A stretch of 64,000 nucleotides of DNA, taken from NCBI RefSeq assembly GCF_009914755.1, contig NC_060948.1. The stretch is one strand, 5' to 3'. Source of the DNA: the human T2T-CHM13v2.0 reference genome, Homo sapiens. Under the pieces are notes generated by a model. That model had not been told where the DNA came from, did no database searches, and saw nothing but the letters and a program-made list of their open reading frames with translations. Below are positions 1 to 20,700 of the stretch, piece after piece. Numbering within the stretch: the stretch's first letter is position 1; every line of letters starts with the position of its first letter. The translations under genes and the position numbers were made by a program.

Positions 1-484
1 ATGTATCATATATTCTATAATATATATTACACATTATATAATATGTATGTTGTCTATTATGTGATATATATAACTATATATATAATTATATTTTTATACA
101 TATAACTAGATAAACATGTAATTCTACATATTTTCATTTATAATATGTAGAATTATATAATCATATATAATTATTTATATTCTATAAAAAATTTTATCAT
201 TATATAAATTATAATATATAAAAATTATAATATGTACTACAAATATATATATATTATATATCATATATGATATAGTACCTTTGTTATATATCATAATACA
301 TATAAATGTGTATTATGTTATCTATAATTATATAATTTCATATATAAGATGTATAATATGTATCATATATTATATATGTTATGTAATATATATAGTATAT
401 ATAAGATGACACAGGATAAATATTATATACTATGACATATAAAATATATGAGGTTATTTGTTACATATAAGGCATAGCACATAA

Positions 485-799
<315 letters not shown>

Positions 800-1370
800 A
801 GATCCATATTTTTTAAATGAAAAAAAATTTCAAAGGTACTCTGCTTGGTACAATAATCAAATGTATAAACTGAGGAATAAAACATAACCATGAAACCTAC
901 TTATAACTGCATATGGAAAATACAGAGGATAATTTTTTAAATAACATATTTTGAAAGCCTTAACTAGTAATTTGAAGAGTTGGCATTTGAAAGGCCAGTA
1001 TGAATATACCTTCAAAGCAGCAACACAGGTTCCCCATGAGAAAAAGCAAACACAGGGAAAATAAAAACACAAAGGTTCAATCTCTTGTGACCTTTGAAAG
1101 ACACAGCACAGACAGTGGTCCTTAGGACGAAGAGCAGGAGACCCCTAATTCCGTCACCATGGCGATAGGGCATAAACATTGCTGGGTGAGGGCACAATCC
1201 ACATTGTGAGGTCCAACTGCTGCCAGGAAGACAGGAGTGCTTTTACATAGACCGAAAGGTCATTGAAGGCTCAGAGTTTTGTTTCAAGAACTGAATCCCA
1301 AGCCCACACGTTATTAGGCTGCGCTTCTTAAAACAAGTTATGAGATGGGAAAAAGGGCACCCACAAACAT
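800..1370. repeat. HSATI-type mixed-sequence segment of the DYZ2 unit (representative copy)
   Basis: ~570-bp non-Alu, non-simple segment that follows every Alu copy (also from 3220, 5640, 8058, 10478, 12893, 15311, 17731, 21435, 23824). The HSATI label comes from the known DYZ2 composition, not from an alignment; the right boundary is approximate. Confidence 0.7.
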
Positions 1371-3219
<1,849 letters not shown>

Positions 3220-5347
3220 AGATCCATATTTTTTAAATGAAAAAAAATTTCAAAGGTACTCTGCTTGGTACAATAATCAAATGTATAAACTGAGGAATAA
3301 AACATAACCATGAAACCTACTTATAACTGCATATGGAAAATACAGAGGATAATTTTTTAAATAACATATTTTGAAAGCCTTAACTAGTAATTTGAAGAGT
3401 TGGCATTTGAAAGGCCAGTATGAATATACCTTCAAAGCAGCAACACAGGTTCCCCATGAGAAAAAGCAAACACAGGGAAAATAAAAACACAAAGGTTCAA
3501 TCTCTTCTGACCTTTGAAAGACACAGCACAGACAGTGGTCCTTAGGACGAAGAGCAGGAGACCCCTAATTCCGTCACCATGGCGATAGGGCATAAACATT
3601 GCTGGGTGAGGGCACAATCCACATTGTGAGGTCCAACTGCTGCCAGGAAGACAGGAGTGCTTTTACATAGACCGAAAGGTCATTGAAGGCTCAGAGTTTT
3701 GTTTCAAGAACTGAATCCCAAGCCCACACGTTATTAGGCTGCGCTTCTTAAAACAAGTTATGAGATGGGAAAAAGGGCACCCACAAACATACGTATACAT
3801 TATGTATATAATAATATACAGTATCATATATATAATATATATAACCTATGTATAATATTGTTTTACATCCTGCATCTTATGTTATATATATTGTATAAAA
3901 TATAATAATTGATAATATATAAGTTTTATAATTATACAATATGACATAGAGTATATATTATAATTTATGACATATATAATATATGTTATATATCATATAT
4001 AGAATATATTATACGGTTAATATACGTATTAAATATAAATTATACATTATATATATTATATATAATATATCTGTTATATATAATACCCATTATGCATAAT
4101 ATATATATTATGTCTATGTTATATATAGTATAAAACAACATATAATAATATATAATTGTATATATAAAATGCGACATATAATATATATTATATTTTATAA
4201 CATATGTAATATATATTATATATTATATATAATACGTTGTATGTATAATACCCATATTAAATATATATTATATGACTATGTTATTAATTACATGTCACAT
4301 GTGTTATATATTATATATTTTACATAGAATATACCGGTTACATACAATATATACTATGTTACCTATAATGTATAATTTATTACATGTAAAATAAAGAATG
4401 CAATATATTATGTATAATTTATAATATACAATATGTGGAATGTGATATATATAACATATAATATATGATATATGATATACAGTATATGATATATAACATA
4501 CAATATATGATACGTAATATATATGGTATACAATATATATTTTATGATATGTATTCTATATGTTTTATATTCTGTTATATATAACTATTTGAAATTATAT
4601 ATAACTGTATAATATTTTATGTAAATATGTAATATAATATATATAACTATATAATATATTATATATAACTATATATTATGTTATATATACTTTTATAACA
4701 TAATTTACATAAAATATCATAATATAATATATACTATATTATTTCATATTACATAATATATATTACATATCACCCAATATAACTAACATACATAATATTA
4801 TAATATAGATTATATTATGTTATATTAAATATCATATATATCATGTATCATATATTCTATAATATATATTACACATTATATAATATGTATGTTGTCTATT
4901 ATGTGATATATATAACTATATATATAATTATATTTTTATACATATAACTAGATAAACATGTAATTCTATATATTTTCATTTATAATATGTAGAATTATAT
5001 AATCATATATAATTATTTATATTCTATAAAAAATTTTATCATTATATAAATTATAATATATAAAAATTATAATATGTACTACAAATATATATATTATATA
5101 TCATATATGCTATAGTACCTTTGTTATATATCATAATACATATAAATGTGTATTATGTTATCTATAATTATATAATTTCATATATAAGTTGTATAATATG
5201 TATCATATATTATATATGTTATGTAATATATATAGTATATATAAGATGACACAGGATAAATATTATATACTATGACATATAAAATATATCAGGTTATATG
5301 TTACATATACGGCATAGCACATAACATGTAATATATATCATATATAA

Positions 5348-5639
5348 TTTTTTTTTAGACAGAATCTTGTCCTGTTGCACAGGGTCGGGTACAATGGCGC
5401 CATGTTTGCTCACTGCAACTTCTGCCTCACGGGTCCAAGCGATTGTCCTCACTCAGCCTCCCAGGTAGCTGGGACTACACCACACTGGGACTACACCAGA
5501 TGCCACCATGCCTAGCTAATTTTTTGGATTTTTAGTAGTGACAGCGTTTCACTGTATTGGCCAGGATGGTCTTGATCTCTTCACCTTGTGATCCCCTTGA
5601 CTTGGCCTCCAAATTTGCTGGGATTACAGGCCTGAGCCA
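5348..5639 (-). mobile_element. AluY-like element, DYZ2 unit 3
   Basis: Same Alu; variants agggtcgggt, catgtttg, accagatgcc, ttgacttgg shared with the copy at 12601. Confidence 0.92.
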
Positions 5640-7742
5640 AGATCCATATTTTTTAAATGAAAAAAAATTTCAAAGGTACTCTGCTTGGTACAATAATCAA
5701 ATGTATAAACTGAGGAATAAAACATAACCATGAAACCTACTTATAACTGCATATGGAAAATACAGAGGATAATTTTTTAATTAACATATTTTGAAAGCCT
5801 TAACTAGTAATTTGAAGAGTTGGCATTTGAAAGGCCAGTATGAATATACCTTCAAAGCAGCAACACATGTTCCCCATGAGAAAAAGCAAACACAGGGAAA
5901 ATAAAAACACAAAGGTTCAATCTCTTCTGACCTTTGAAAGACACAGCACAGACAGTGGTCCTTAGGACGAAGAGCAGGAGACCCCTAATTCCGTCACCAT
6001 GGCGATAGGGCATAAACATTGCTGGGTGAGGGCACAATCCACATTGTGAGGTCCAACTGCTGCCAGGAAGACAGGAGTGCTTTTACATAGACCGAAAGGT
6101 CATTGAAGGCTCAGAGTTTTGTTTCAAGAACTGAATCCCAAGCCCACAGGTTATTAGGCTGCGCTTCTTAAAACGAGTTATGAGATGGGAAAAAGGGCAC
6201 CCACAAACATACGTATACATTATGTATATAATAATATACAGTATCATATATATAATATATATAACCTATGTATAATATTGTTTTACATCCTGCATCTTAT
6301 GTTATATATATTGTATAAAATATAATAATTGATAATATATGTTTTATAATTATACAATATGACATATAGTATATATTATAATTTATGACATATATAATAT
6401 ATGTTATATGTCATATATAGAATATATTATACGGTTAATATACGTATTAAATATAAATTATACATTATATATATTATACATAATATATCTGTTATATATA
6501 ATACCCATTATGCATAATATATATATTATGTCTATGTTATATATAGTATAAAACAACATATAATAATATATAATTGTATATATAAAATGCGACATATAAT
6601 ATATATTATATTTTATAACATATGTAATATATATTATATATTATATATAATACGTTGTATGTATAATACCTATATTAAATATATATTATATGACTATGTT
6701 ATTAATTACATGTCACATGTGTTATATATTATATATTTTACATAGAATATACCGGTTACATACAATATATACTATGTTACCTATAATGTATAATTTATTA
6801 CATGTAAAATAAAGAATGCAATATATTATGTATAATTTATAATATACCATATGTGGAATGTGATATATATAACATATAATATATGATATATGATATACAG
6901 TATATGATATATAACATACAATATATGATTCCTAATATATATGGTATACAATATATATTTTATGATATGTATTCTATATGTTTTATATTCTGTTATATAT
7001 AACTATTTGAAATTATAAATAACTGTATAATATTTTATGTAAATATGTAATATAATATATATAACTATATAATATATTATATATAACTATATATTATGTT
7101 ATATATACTTTTATAACATAATTTACATAAAATATCATAATATAATATATATTATATTATTTCATATTACATAATATATATTACATATCACCCAATATAA
7201 CTAACATACATAATATTATAATATAGATTATATTGTGTTATATTAAATATCATATATATCATGTATCATATATTCTATAATATATATTACACATTATATA
7301 GTATGTATGTTGTCTATTATGTGATATATATAACTATATATATAATTATATTTTTATACATATAACTAGATAAACATGTAATTCTACATATTTTCATTTA
7401 TAATATGTAGAATTATATAATCATATATAATTATTTATATTCTATAAAAAATTTTATCATTATATAAATTATAATATATAAAAATTATAATATGTACTAC
7501 AAATATATATATTATATACCATATATGATATAGTACCTTTGTTATATTTCATAATACATATAAATGTGTATTATGTTATCTATAATTATATAATTTCATA
7601 TATAAGATGTATAATATGTATCATATATTATATATGTTATGTAATATATATAGTATATATAAGATGACACAGGATAAATATTATATACTATGACATATAA
7701 AATATATGAGGTTATATGTTACATATAAGGCATAGCACATAA

Positions 7743-8057
<315 letters not shown>

Positions 8058-10162
8058 AGATCCATATTTTTTAAATGAAAAAAAATTTCAAAGGTACTCT
8101 GCTTGGTACAATAATCAAATGTATAAACTGAGGAATAAAACATAACCATGAAACCTACTTATAACTGCATATGGAAAATACAGAGGATAATTTTTTAAAT
8201 ACCATATTTTGAAAGCCTTAACTAGTAATTTGAAGAGTTGGCATTTGAAAGGCCAGTATGAATATTCCTTCAGAGCAGCAACACAGGTTCCCCATGAGAA
8301 AAAGCAAACTCAGGGAAAATGAAACCACAAAGGTTCAATCTCTTCTGACCTTTGAAAGACACAGCACAGACAGTGGTCCTTAGGACGAAGAGCAGGAGAC
8401 CCCTAATTCCGTCACCATGGCGATAGGGCATAAACATTGCTGGGTGAGGGCACAATCCACATTGTGAGGTCCAACTGCTGCCAGGAAGACAGGAGTGCTT
8501 TTACATAGACCGAAAGGTCATTGAAGGCTCAGAGTTTTGTTTCAAGAACTGAATCCCAAGCCCACACGTTATTAGGCTGCGCTTCTTAAAACAAGTTATG
8601 AGATGGGAAAAAGGGCACCCACAAACATACGTATACATTATGTATATAATAATATACAGTATCATATACATAATATATATAACCTATGTATAATATTGTT
8701 TTACATCCTGCATCCTATGTTATATATATTGTATAAAATATAATAATTGATAATATATAAGTTTTATAATTATACAATATGACATATAGTATATATTATA
8801 ATTTATGACATATATAATATATGTTATATATCATATATAGAATATATTATACGGTTAATATACGTATTAAATATAAATTATACATTATATATATTATATA
8901 TAATATATCTGTTATATATAATACCCATTATGCATAATATATATATTATGTCTATGTTATATATAGTATAAAACAACATATAATAATATATAATTGTATA
9001 TATAAAATGCGACATATAATATATATTATATTTTATGATATATGTAATATATATTATATATTATATATAATACGTTGTACGTATAATAACTATATTAAAT
9101 ATATATTATATGACTATGTTATTAATTACATGTCACATGTGTTATATATTATATATTTTACATAGAATATACCGGTTACATACAATATATACTATGTTAC
9201 CTATAATGTATAATTGATTACATGTAAAATAAAGAATGCAATATATTATGAATAATTTATAATATACAATATGTGGAATGTGATATATATAACATATAAT
9301 ATATGATATATGATATACAGTATATGATATATAACATACAGTATATGATACCTAACATATATGGTATACAATATATATTTTGTGATATGTATTCTATATG
9401 TTTTATATTCTGTTGTATATAACTATTTGAAATTATATATAACTGTATAATATTTTATGTAAATATGTAATATAATATATATAACTAGATAATATATTAT
9501 ATATAACTATATATTATGTTATATATACTTTTATAACATAATTTACATAAAATATCATAATATAATATATATTATATTATTTCATATTACATAATATATC
9601 TTACATATCACCCAATATAAGTAACATACATAATATTATAATATAGATTATATTATGTTATATTAAATATCATATATATCATGTATCATATATTCTATAA
9701 TATATATTATACATTATATAATATGTATGTTGTCTATAATGTGATATATATAACTATATATATAATTATATTATTATACATATAACTAGATAAACATGTA
9801 ATTCTACATATTTTCATTTATAATATATAGAATTATATAACCATATATAATTATTTATATTCTATAAAATATTATATCATTATATAAATTATAATATATA
9901 AAAATTATAATATGTACTACAAATATATATATTATATATCATATATGATATAGTACCTTTGTTATATATCATAATACATATAAATGTGTATTATGTTATC
10001 TATAATTATATAATTTCATATATAAGATGTATAATATGTATCATATATTATATATGTTATGTAATATATATAGTATACATAAGATGACACAGGATAAATA
10101 TTATATACTATGACATATAAAATATATGAGGTTATATGTTACATATAAGGCATAGCACATAA

Positions 10163-10477
<315 letters not shown>

Positions 10478-12600
10478 AGATCCATATTTTTTAAATGAAA
10501 AAAAATTTCAAAGGTACTCTGCTTGGTACAATAATCAAATGTATAAACTGAGGAATAAAACATAACCATGAAACCTACTTATAACTGCATATGGAAAATA
10601 CAGAGGATAATTTTTTAAATACCATATTTTGAAAGCCTTAACTAGTAATTTGAAGAGTTGGCATTTGAAAGGCCAGTATGAATATTCCTTCAGAGCAGCA
10701 ACACAGGTTCCCCATGAGAAAAAGCAAACTCAGGGAAAATAAAAACACAAAGGTTCAATCTCTTCTGACCTTTGAAAGACACAGCACAGACAGTGGTCCT
10801 TAGGACGAAGAGCAGGAGACCCCTAATTCCGTCACCATGGCGATAGGGCATAAACATTGCTGGGTGAGGGCACAATCCACATTGTGAGGTCCAACTGCTG
10901 CCAGGAAGACAGGAGTGCTTTTACATAGACCGAAAGGTCATTGAAGGCTCAGAGTTTTGTTTCAAGAACTGAATCCCAAGCCCACACGTTATTAGGCTGC
11001 GCTTCTTAAAACAAGTTATGAGATGGGAAAAAGGGCACCCACAAACATACGTATACATTATGTATATAATAATATACAGTATCATATATATAATATATAT
11101 AACCTGTATATAATATTGTTTTACATCCTGCATCTTATATTATATATATTGTGTAAAATATAATAATTGATAATATATAAGTTTTATATTTATACAATAT
11201 GACATATAGTATATATTATAATTTATGACATATATAATATATGTTATATATAATATATAGAATATATTATACGGTTAATATACGTATTAAATATAAATTA
11301 TACATTATATATATTATATATAATATATCTGTTATATATAATACCCATTATACATAATATATATATTATGTCTATGTTTTATATAGTATAAACCAACATA
11401 TAATAATATATAATTGTATATATAAAATGTGACATATAATATATATTATATTTTATGACATATGTAACATGTATTATATATTATATATATTACGTTGTAT
11501 GTATAATACCTATATTAAATATATATTATATGACGATGTTATTAATTACATGTCACATATGTTATATATTATATATTTTACATGGAATATACCGGTTACA
11601 TATAATATATACTATGTTACCTATAATGTATAATTTATTACATGTAATATAATGAATGTCATATATTATATATAATTTATAATATACAATATGTGGAATG
11701 TGATATATATAACATATATGATATATGATATAAAGTATATGATATATAACATACAATATATGATACGTAATATATATGGTATACAATATATATTTTATGA
11801 TATGTATTCTATATGTTTTATATTCTGTTATATATAACTATTTGAAATTATATATAACTGTATAATATTTTATGTAAATATGTAATATAATATATATAAC
11901 TATATAATATATTATATATAACTATATATTATGTTATATATACTTTTATAACATAATTTACATAAAATATCATAATATAATATATACTATATTATTTCAT
12001 ATTACATAATATATATTACATATCACCCAATATAACTAACATACATAATATTATAATATAGATTATATTATGTTATATTAAATATCATATATATCATGTA
12101 TCATATATTCTATAATATATATTACACATTATATAATATGTATGTTGTCTATTATGTGATATATATAACTATATATATAATTATATTTTTATACATATAA
12201 CTAGATAAATATGTAATTCTATATATTTTCATTTATAATATGTAGAATTATATAATCATATATAATTATTTATATTCTATAAAAAATTTTATCATTATAT
12301 AAATTATAATATATAAAAATTATAATATGTTCTACAAATATATATATTATATATCATATATGCTATAGTACCTTTGTTATATATCATAATACATATAAAT
12401 GTGTATTATGTTATCTATAATTATATAATTTCATATATAAGTTGTATAATATGTATCATATATTATATATGTTATGTAATATATATAGTATATATAAGAT
12501 GACACAGGATAAATATTATATACTATGACATATAAAATATATCAGGTTATATGTTACATATACGGCATAGCACATAACATGTAATATATATCATATATAA

Positions 12601-12892
12601 TTTTTTTTTAGACAGAATCTTGTCCTGTTGCACAGGGTCGGGTACAATGGCGCCATGTTTGCTCACTGCAACTTCTGCCTCACGGGTCCAAGCGATTGTC
12701 CTCACTCAGCCTCCCAGGTAGCTGGGACTACACCACACTGGGACTACACCAGATGCCACCATGCCTAGCTAATTTTTTGGATTTTTAGTAGTGACAGCGT
12801 TTCACTGTATTGGCCAGGATGGTCTTGATCTCTTCACCTTGTGATCCCCTTGACTTGGCCTCCAAATTTGCTGGGATTACAGGCCTGAGCCA
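12601..12892 (-). mobile_element. AluY-like element, DYZ2 unit 6
   Basis: Copy of the unit 3 Alu at +7253. Confidence 0.92.
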
Positions 12893-14995
12893 AGATCCAT
12901 ATTTTTTAAATGAAAAAAAATTTCAAAGGTACTCTGCTTGGTACAATAATCAAATGTATAAACTGAGGAATAAAACATAACCATGAAACCTACTTATAAC
13001 TGCATATGGAAAATACAGAGGATAATTTTTTAATTAACATATTTTGAAAGCCTTAACTAGTAATTTGAAGAGTTGGCATTTGAAAGGCCAGTATGAATAT
13101 ACCTTCAAAGCAGCAACACATGTTCCCCATGAGAAAAAGCAAACACAGGGAAAATAAAAACACAAAGGTTCAATCTCTTCTGACCTTTGAAAGACACAGC
13201 ACAGACAGTGGTCCTTAGGACGAAGAGCAGGAGACCCCTAATTCCGTCACCATGGCGATAGGGCATAAACATTGCTGGGTGAGGGCACAATCCACATTGT
13301 GAGGTCCAACTGCTGCCAGGAAGACAGGAGTGCTTTTACATAGACCGAAAGGTCATTGAAGGCTCAGAGTTTTGTTTCAAGAACTGAATCCCAAGCCCAC
13401 AGGTTATTAGGCTGCGCTTCTTAAAACGAGTTATGAGATGGGAAAAAGGGCACCCACAAACATACGTATACATTATGTATATAATAATATACAGTATCAT
13501 ATATATAATATATATAACCTATGTATAATATTGTTTTACATCCTGCATCTTATGTTATATATATTGTATAAAATATAATAATTGATAATATATGTTTTAT
13601 AATTATACAATATGACATATAGTATATATTATAATTTATGACATATATAATATATGTTATATGTCATATATAGAATATATTATACGGTTAATATACGTAT
13701 TAAATATAAATTATACATTATATATATTATACATAATATATCTGTTATATATAATACCCATTATGCATAATATATATATTATGTCTATGTTATATATAGT
13801 ATAAAACAACATATAATAATATATAATTGTATATATAAAATGCGACATATAATATATATTATATTTTATAACATATGTAATATATATTATATATTATATA
13901 TAATACGTTGTATGTATAATACCTATATTAAATATATATTATATGACTATGTTATTAATTACATGTCACATGTGTTATATATTATATATTTTACATAGAA
14001 TATACCGGTTACATACAATATATACTATGTTACCTATAATGTATAATTTATTACATGTAAAATAAAGAATGCAATATATTATGTATAATTTATAATATAC
14101 AATATGTGGAATGTGATATATATAACATATAATATATGATATATGATATACAGTATATGATATATAACATACAATATATGATTCCTAATATATATGGTAT
14201 ACAATATATATTTTATGATATGTATTCTATATGTTTTATATTCTGTTATATATAACTATTTGAAATTATAAATAACTGTATAATATTTTATGTAAATATG
14301 TAATATAATATATATAACTATATAATATATTATATATAACTATATATTATGTTATATATACTTTTATAACATAATTTACATAAAATATCATAATATAATA
14401 TATATTATATTATTTCATATTACATAATATATATTACATATCACCCAATATAACTAACATACATAATATTATAATATAGATTATATTGTGTTATATTAAA
14501 TATCATATATATCATGTATCATATATTCTATAATATATATTACACATTATATAGTATGTATGTTGTCTATTATGTGATATATATAACTATATATATAATT
14601 ATATTTTTATACATATAACTAGATAAACATGTAATTCTACATATTTTCATTTATAATATGTAGAATTATATAATCATATATAATTATTTATATTCTATAA
14701 AAAATTTTATCATTATATAAATTATAATATATAAAAATTATAATATGTACTACAAATATATATATTATATACCATATATGATATAGTACCTTTGTTATAT
14801 TTCATAATACATATAAATGTGTATTATGTTATCTATAATTATATAATTTCATATATAAGATGTATAATATGTATCATATATTATATATGTTATGTAATAT
14901 ATATAGTATATATAAGATGACACAGGATAAATATTATATACTATGACATATAAAATATATGAGGTTATATGTTACATATAAGGCATAGCACATAA

Positions 14996-15310
<315 letters not shown>

Positions 15311-17415
15311 AGATCCATATTTTTTAAATGAAAAAAAATTTCAAAGGTACTCTGCTTGGTACAATAATCAAATGTATAAACTGAGGAATAAAACATAACC
15401 ATGAAACCTACTTATAACTGCATATGGAAAATACAGAGGATAATTTTTTAAATACCATATTTTGAAAGCCTTAACTAGTAATTTGAAGAGTTGGCATTTG
15501 AAAGGCCAGTATGAATATTCCTTCAGAGCAGCAACACAGGTTCCCCATGAGAAAAAGCAAACTCAGGGAAAATGAAACCACAAAGGTTCAATCTCTTCTG
15601 ACCTTTGAAAGACACAGCACAGACAGTGGTCCTTAGGACGAAGAGCAGGAGACCCCTAATTCCGTCACCATGGCGATAGGGCATAAACATTGCTGGGTGA
15701 GGGCACAATCCACATTGTGAGGTCCAACTGCTGCCAGGAAGACAGGAGTGCTTTTACATAGACCGAAAGGTCATTGAAGGCTCAGAGTTTTGTTTCAAGA
15801 ACTGAATCCCAAGCCCACACGTTATTAGGCTGCGCTTCTTAAAACAAGTTATGAGATGGGAAAAAGGGCACCCACAAACATACGTATACATTATGTATAT
15901 AATAATATACAGTATCATATACATAATATATATAACCTATGTATAATATTGTTTTACATCCTGCATCCTATGTTATATATATTGTATAAAATATAATAAT
16001 TGATAATATATAAGTTTTATAATTATACAATATGACATATAGTATATATTATAATTTATGACATATATAATATATGTTATATATCATATATAGAATATAT
16101 TATACGGTTAATATACGTATTAAATATAAATTATACATTATATATATTATATATAATATATCTGTTATATATAATACCCATTATGCATAATATATATATT
16201 ATGTCTATGTTATATATAGTATAAAACAACATATAATAATATATAATTGTATATATAAAATGTGACATATAATATATATTATATTTTATGATATATGTAA
16301 TATATATTATATATTATATATAATACGTTGTACGTATAATAACTATATTAAATATATATTATATGACTATGTTATTAATTACATGTCACATGTGTTATAT
16401 ATTATATATTTTACATAGAATATACCGGTTACATACAATATATACTATGTTACCTATAATGTATAATTGATTACATGTAAAATAAAGAATGCAATATATT
16501 ATGAATAATTTATAATATACAATATGTGGAATGTGATATATATAACATATAATATATGATATATGATATACAGTATATGATATATAACATACAGTATATG
16601 ATACCTAACATATATGGTATACAATATATATTTTGTGATATGTATTCTATATGTTTTATATTCTGTTGTATATAACTATTTGAAATTATATATAACTGTA
16701 TAATATTTTATGTAAATATGTAATATAATATATATAACTAGATAATATATTATATATAACTATATATTATGTTATATATACTTTTATAACATAATTTACA
16801 TAAAATATCATAATATAATATATATTATATTATTTCATATTACATAATATATCTTACATATCACCCAATATAAGTAACATACATAATATTATAATATAGA
16901 TTATATTATGTTATATTAAATATCATATATATCATGTATCATATATTCTATAATATATATTATACATTATATAATATGTATGTTGTCTATAATGTGATAT
17001 ATATAACTATATATATAATTATATTATTATACATATAACTAGATAAACATGTAATTCTACATATTTTCATTTATAATATATAGAATTATATAACCATATA
17101 TAATTATTTATATTCTATAAAATATTATATCATTATATAAATTATAATATATAAAAATTATAATATGTACTACAAATATATATATTATATATCATATATG
17201 ATATAGTACCTTTGTTATATATCATAATACATATAAATGTGTATTATGTTATCTATAATTATATAATTTCATATATAAGATGTATAATATGTATCATATA
17301 TTATATATGTTATGTAATATATATAGTATACATAAGATGACACAGGATAAATATTATATACTATGACATATAAAATATATGAGGTTATATGTTACATATA
17401 AGGCATAGCACATAA

Positions 17416-17730
<315 letters not shown>

Positions 17731-20700
17731 AGATCCATATTTTTTAAATGAAAAAAAATTTCAAAGGTACTCTGCTTGGTACAATAATCAAATGTATAAA
17801 GTGAGGAATAAAACATAACCATGAAACCTACTTATAACTGCATATGGAAAATACAGAGGATAATTTTTTAAATACCATATTTTGAAAGCCTTAACTAGTA
17901 ATTTGAAGAGTTGGCATTTGAAAGGCCAGTATGAATATTCCTTCAGAGCAGCAACACAGGTTCCCCATGAGAAAAAGCAAACTCAGGGAAAATGAAACCA
18001 CAAAGGTTCAATCTCTTCTGACCTTTGAAAGACACAGCACAGACAGTGGTCCTTAGGACGAAGAGCAGGAGACCCCTAATTCCGTCACCATGGCGATAGG
18101 GCATAAACATTGCTGGGTGAGGGCACAATCCACATTGTGAGGTCCAACTGCTGCCAGGAAGACAGGAGTGCTTTTACATAGACCGAAAGGTCATTGAAGG
18201 CTCAGAGTTTTGTTTCAAGAACTGAATCCCAAGCCCACACGTTATTAGGCTGCGCTTCTTAAAACAAGTTATGAGATGGGAAAAAGGGCACCCACAAACA
18301 TACGTATACATTATGTATATAATAATATACAGTATCATATATATAATATATATAACCTGTATATAATATTGTTTTACATCCTGCATCTTATATTATATAT
18401 ATTGTGTAAAATATAATAATTGATAATATATAAGTTTTATATTTATACAATATGACATATAGTATATATTATAATTTATGACATATATAATATATGTTAT
18501 ATATAATATATAGAATATATTATACGGTTAATATACGTATTAAATATAAATTATACATTATATATATTATATATAATATATCTGTTATATATAATACCCA
18601 TTATACATAATATATATATTATGTCTATGTTTTATATAGTATAAACCAACATATAATAATATATAATTGTATATATAAAATGTGACATATAATATATATT
18701 ATATTTTATGACATATGTAACATGTATTATATATTATATATATTACGTTGTATGTATAATACCTATATTAAATATATATTATATGACGATGTTATTAATT
18801 ACATGTCACATATGTTATATATTATATATTTTACATGGAATATACCGGTTACATATAATATATACTATGTTACCTATAATGTATAATTTATTACATGTAA
18901 TATAATGAATGTCATATATTATATATAATTTATAATATACAATATGTGGAATGTGATATATATAACATATATGATATATGATATAAAGTATATGATATAT
19001 AACATACAATATATGATACGTAATATATATGGTATACAATATATATTTTATGATATGTATTCTATATGTTTTATATTCTGTTATATATAACTATTTGAAA
19101 TTATATATAACTGTATAATATTTTATGTAAATATGTAATATAATATATATAACTATATAATATATTATATATAACTATATTTTATGTTATATATACTTTT
19201 ATAACATAATTTACATAAAATATAATAATATAAAATATATTATATTATTTCATATTACATAATATATATTCAATATCACCCAATATAAGTAACATACATA
19301 CTATTAAAATATAGATTATATTATGTTATATTAAATATCATATATATCATGTATCATATATTCTATAATATATATTATGCATTATATAATATGCATGTTG
19401 TCTATTATGTGATATATATAACTATATATATAATTGTATTATTATACATATAACTATATAAACATGTAATTCTATATATTTTCATTTATAATATATAGAA
19501 TTATATAATCATAATTATTTATATTCTATAAAAAATTATATCATTATATAAATTATAATGAGATGGGAAATAGGGCACACACAAACATACGTATACATTA
19601 TGTATATAATAATATACAGTATCATATATATAACATATATAACCTATGTATAATATTGTTTTACATCCTGCATCTTATATTATATATATTGTATATAATA
19701 TAATAATTGATAATATATAAGTTTTATATTTATACAATATGACATTTAATATATATTATATTTTATAACATATATAATATATATTATATATCATATATAA
19801 TATATTATATGGTTAATATACGTATTAAATATAAAATATATATTATAAGTATTATATATAGTGTACCTAAGTTATATATAATATACCCTATATATAATAT
19901 ATATATTATGTCTATGTTATATATAGTATAAAACAACATATAATAATATATAATTTTATATATAAAATATGACATATAATATATATTATATTTTATGACC
20001 TGTATAATTTATATTATATATTATATACAATACGTTGTATGTATAATATATATATTAAATATATATTAAATGACTATGTTATTAATTATATGTCATATAT
20101 GTTATATATTATATATTTTACATAGAATATACTGGTTATATATAATATATACTATGTTACATATAATGTATAATTTATTACATATAATATAATGTATGTC
20201 ATATATTATATATAATTTATAATATACAATATGTGGAATATGATATATATAACATATAATATATGATATATGATATACAATATATGATATATAATATACA
20301 ATATATGATACATTATATATATGGTATACAATATATATTTTATGATATGTATTATATATGTTTTATATTCTGTTATATATAAGTATGTGAAATAATATAT
20401 AACTGTATAATATTTTATGTAAATATGTAATATAATATATATAACTATGAAATATATTATATATAACTATAAATTATGTCTTATATAGTTGTATTACACT
20501 TTACATAAAATATCATAATATAATATATATTATATTATTTTATATTACATAATATATATTATATATCACATAATATAAGTTACATACATAATATTAAAAT
20601 ATAGATTATATTATGATGTATTAAATATCATATATATCATGTATCATATATTGTATAATATATATTATACATTTTATATTATATATGTTGTCTATTATGT

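Noticed and set aside
1012-1197. 61-aa minus-strand ORF (MCPHPAMF...) intact in all ten DYZ2 copies
   Set aside because: Persistence is expected from very high unit identity. It has no recognisable domain, and many differences between copies are nonsynonymous. Ribo-seq or peptide evidence would be needed.
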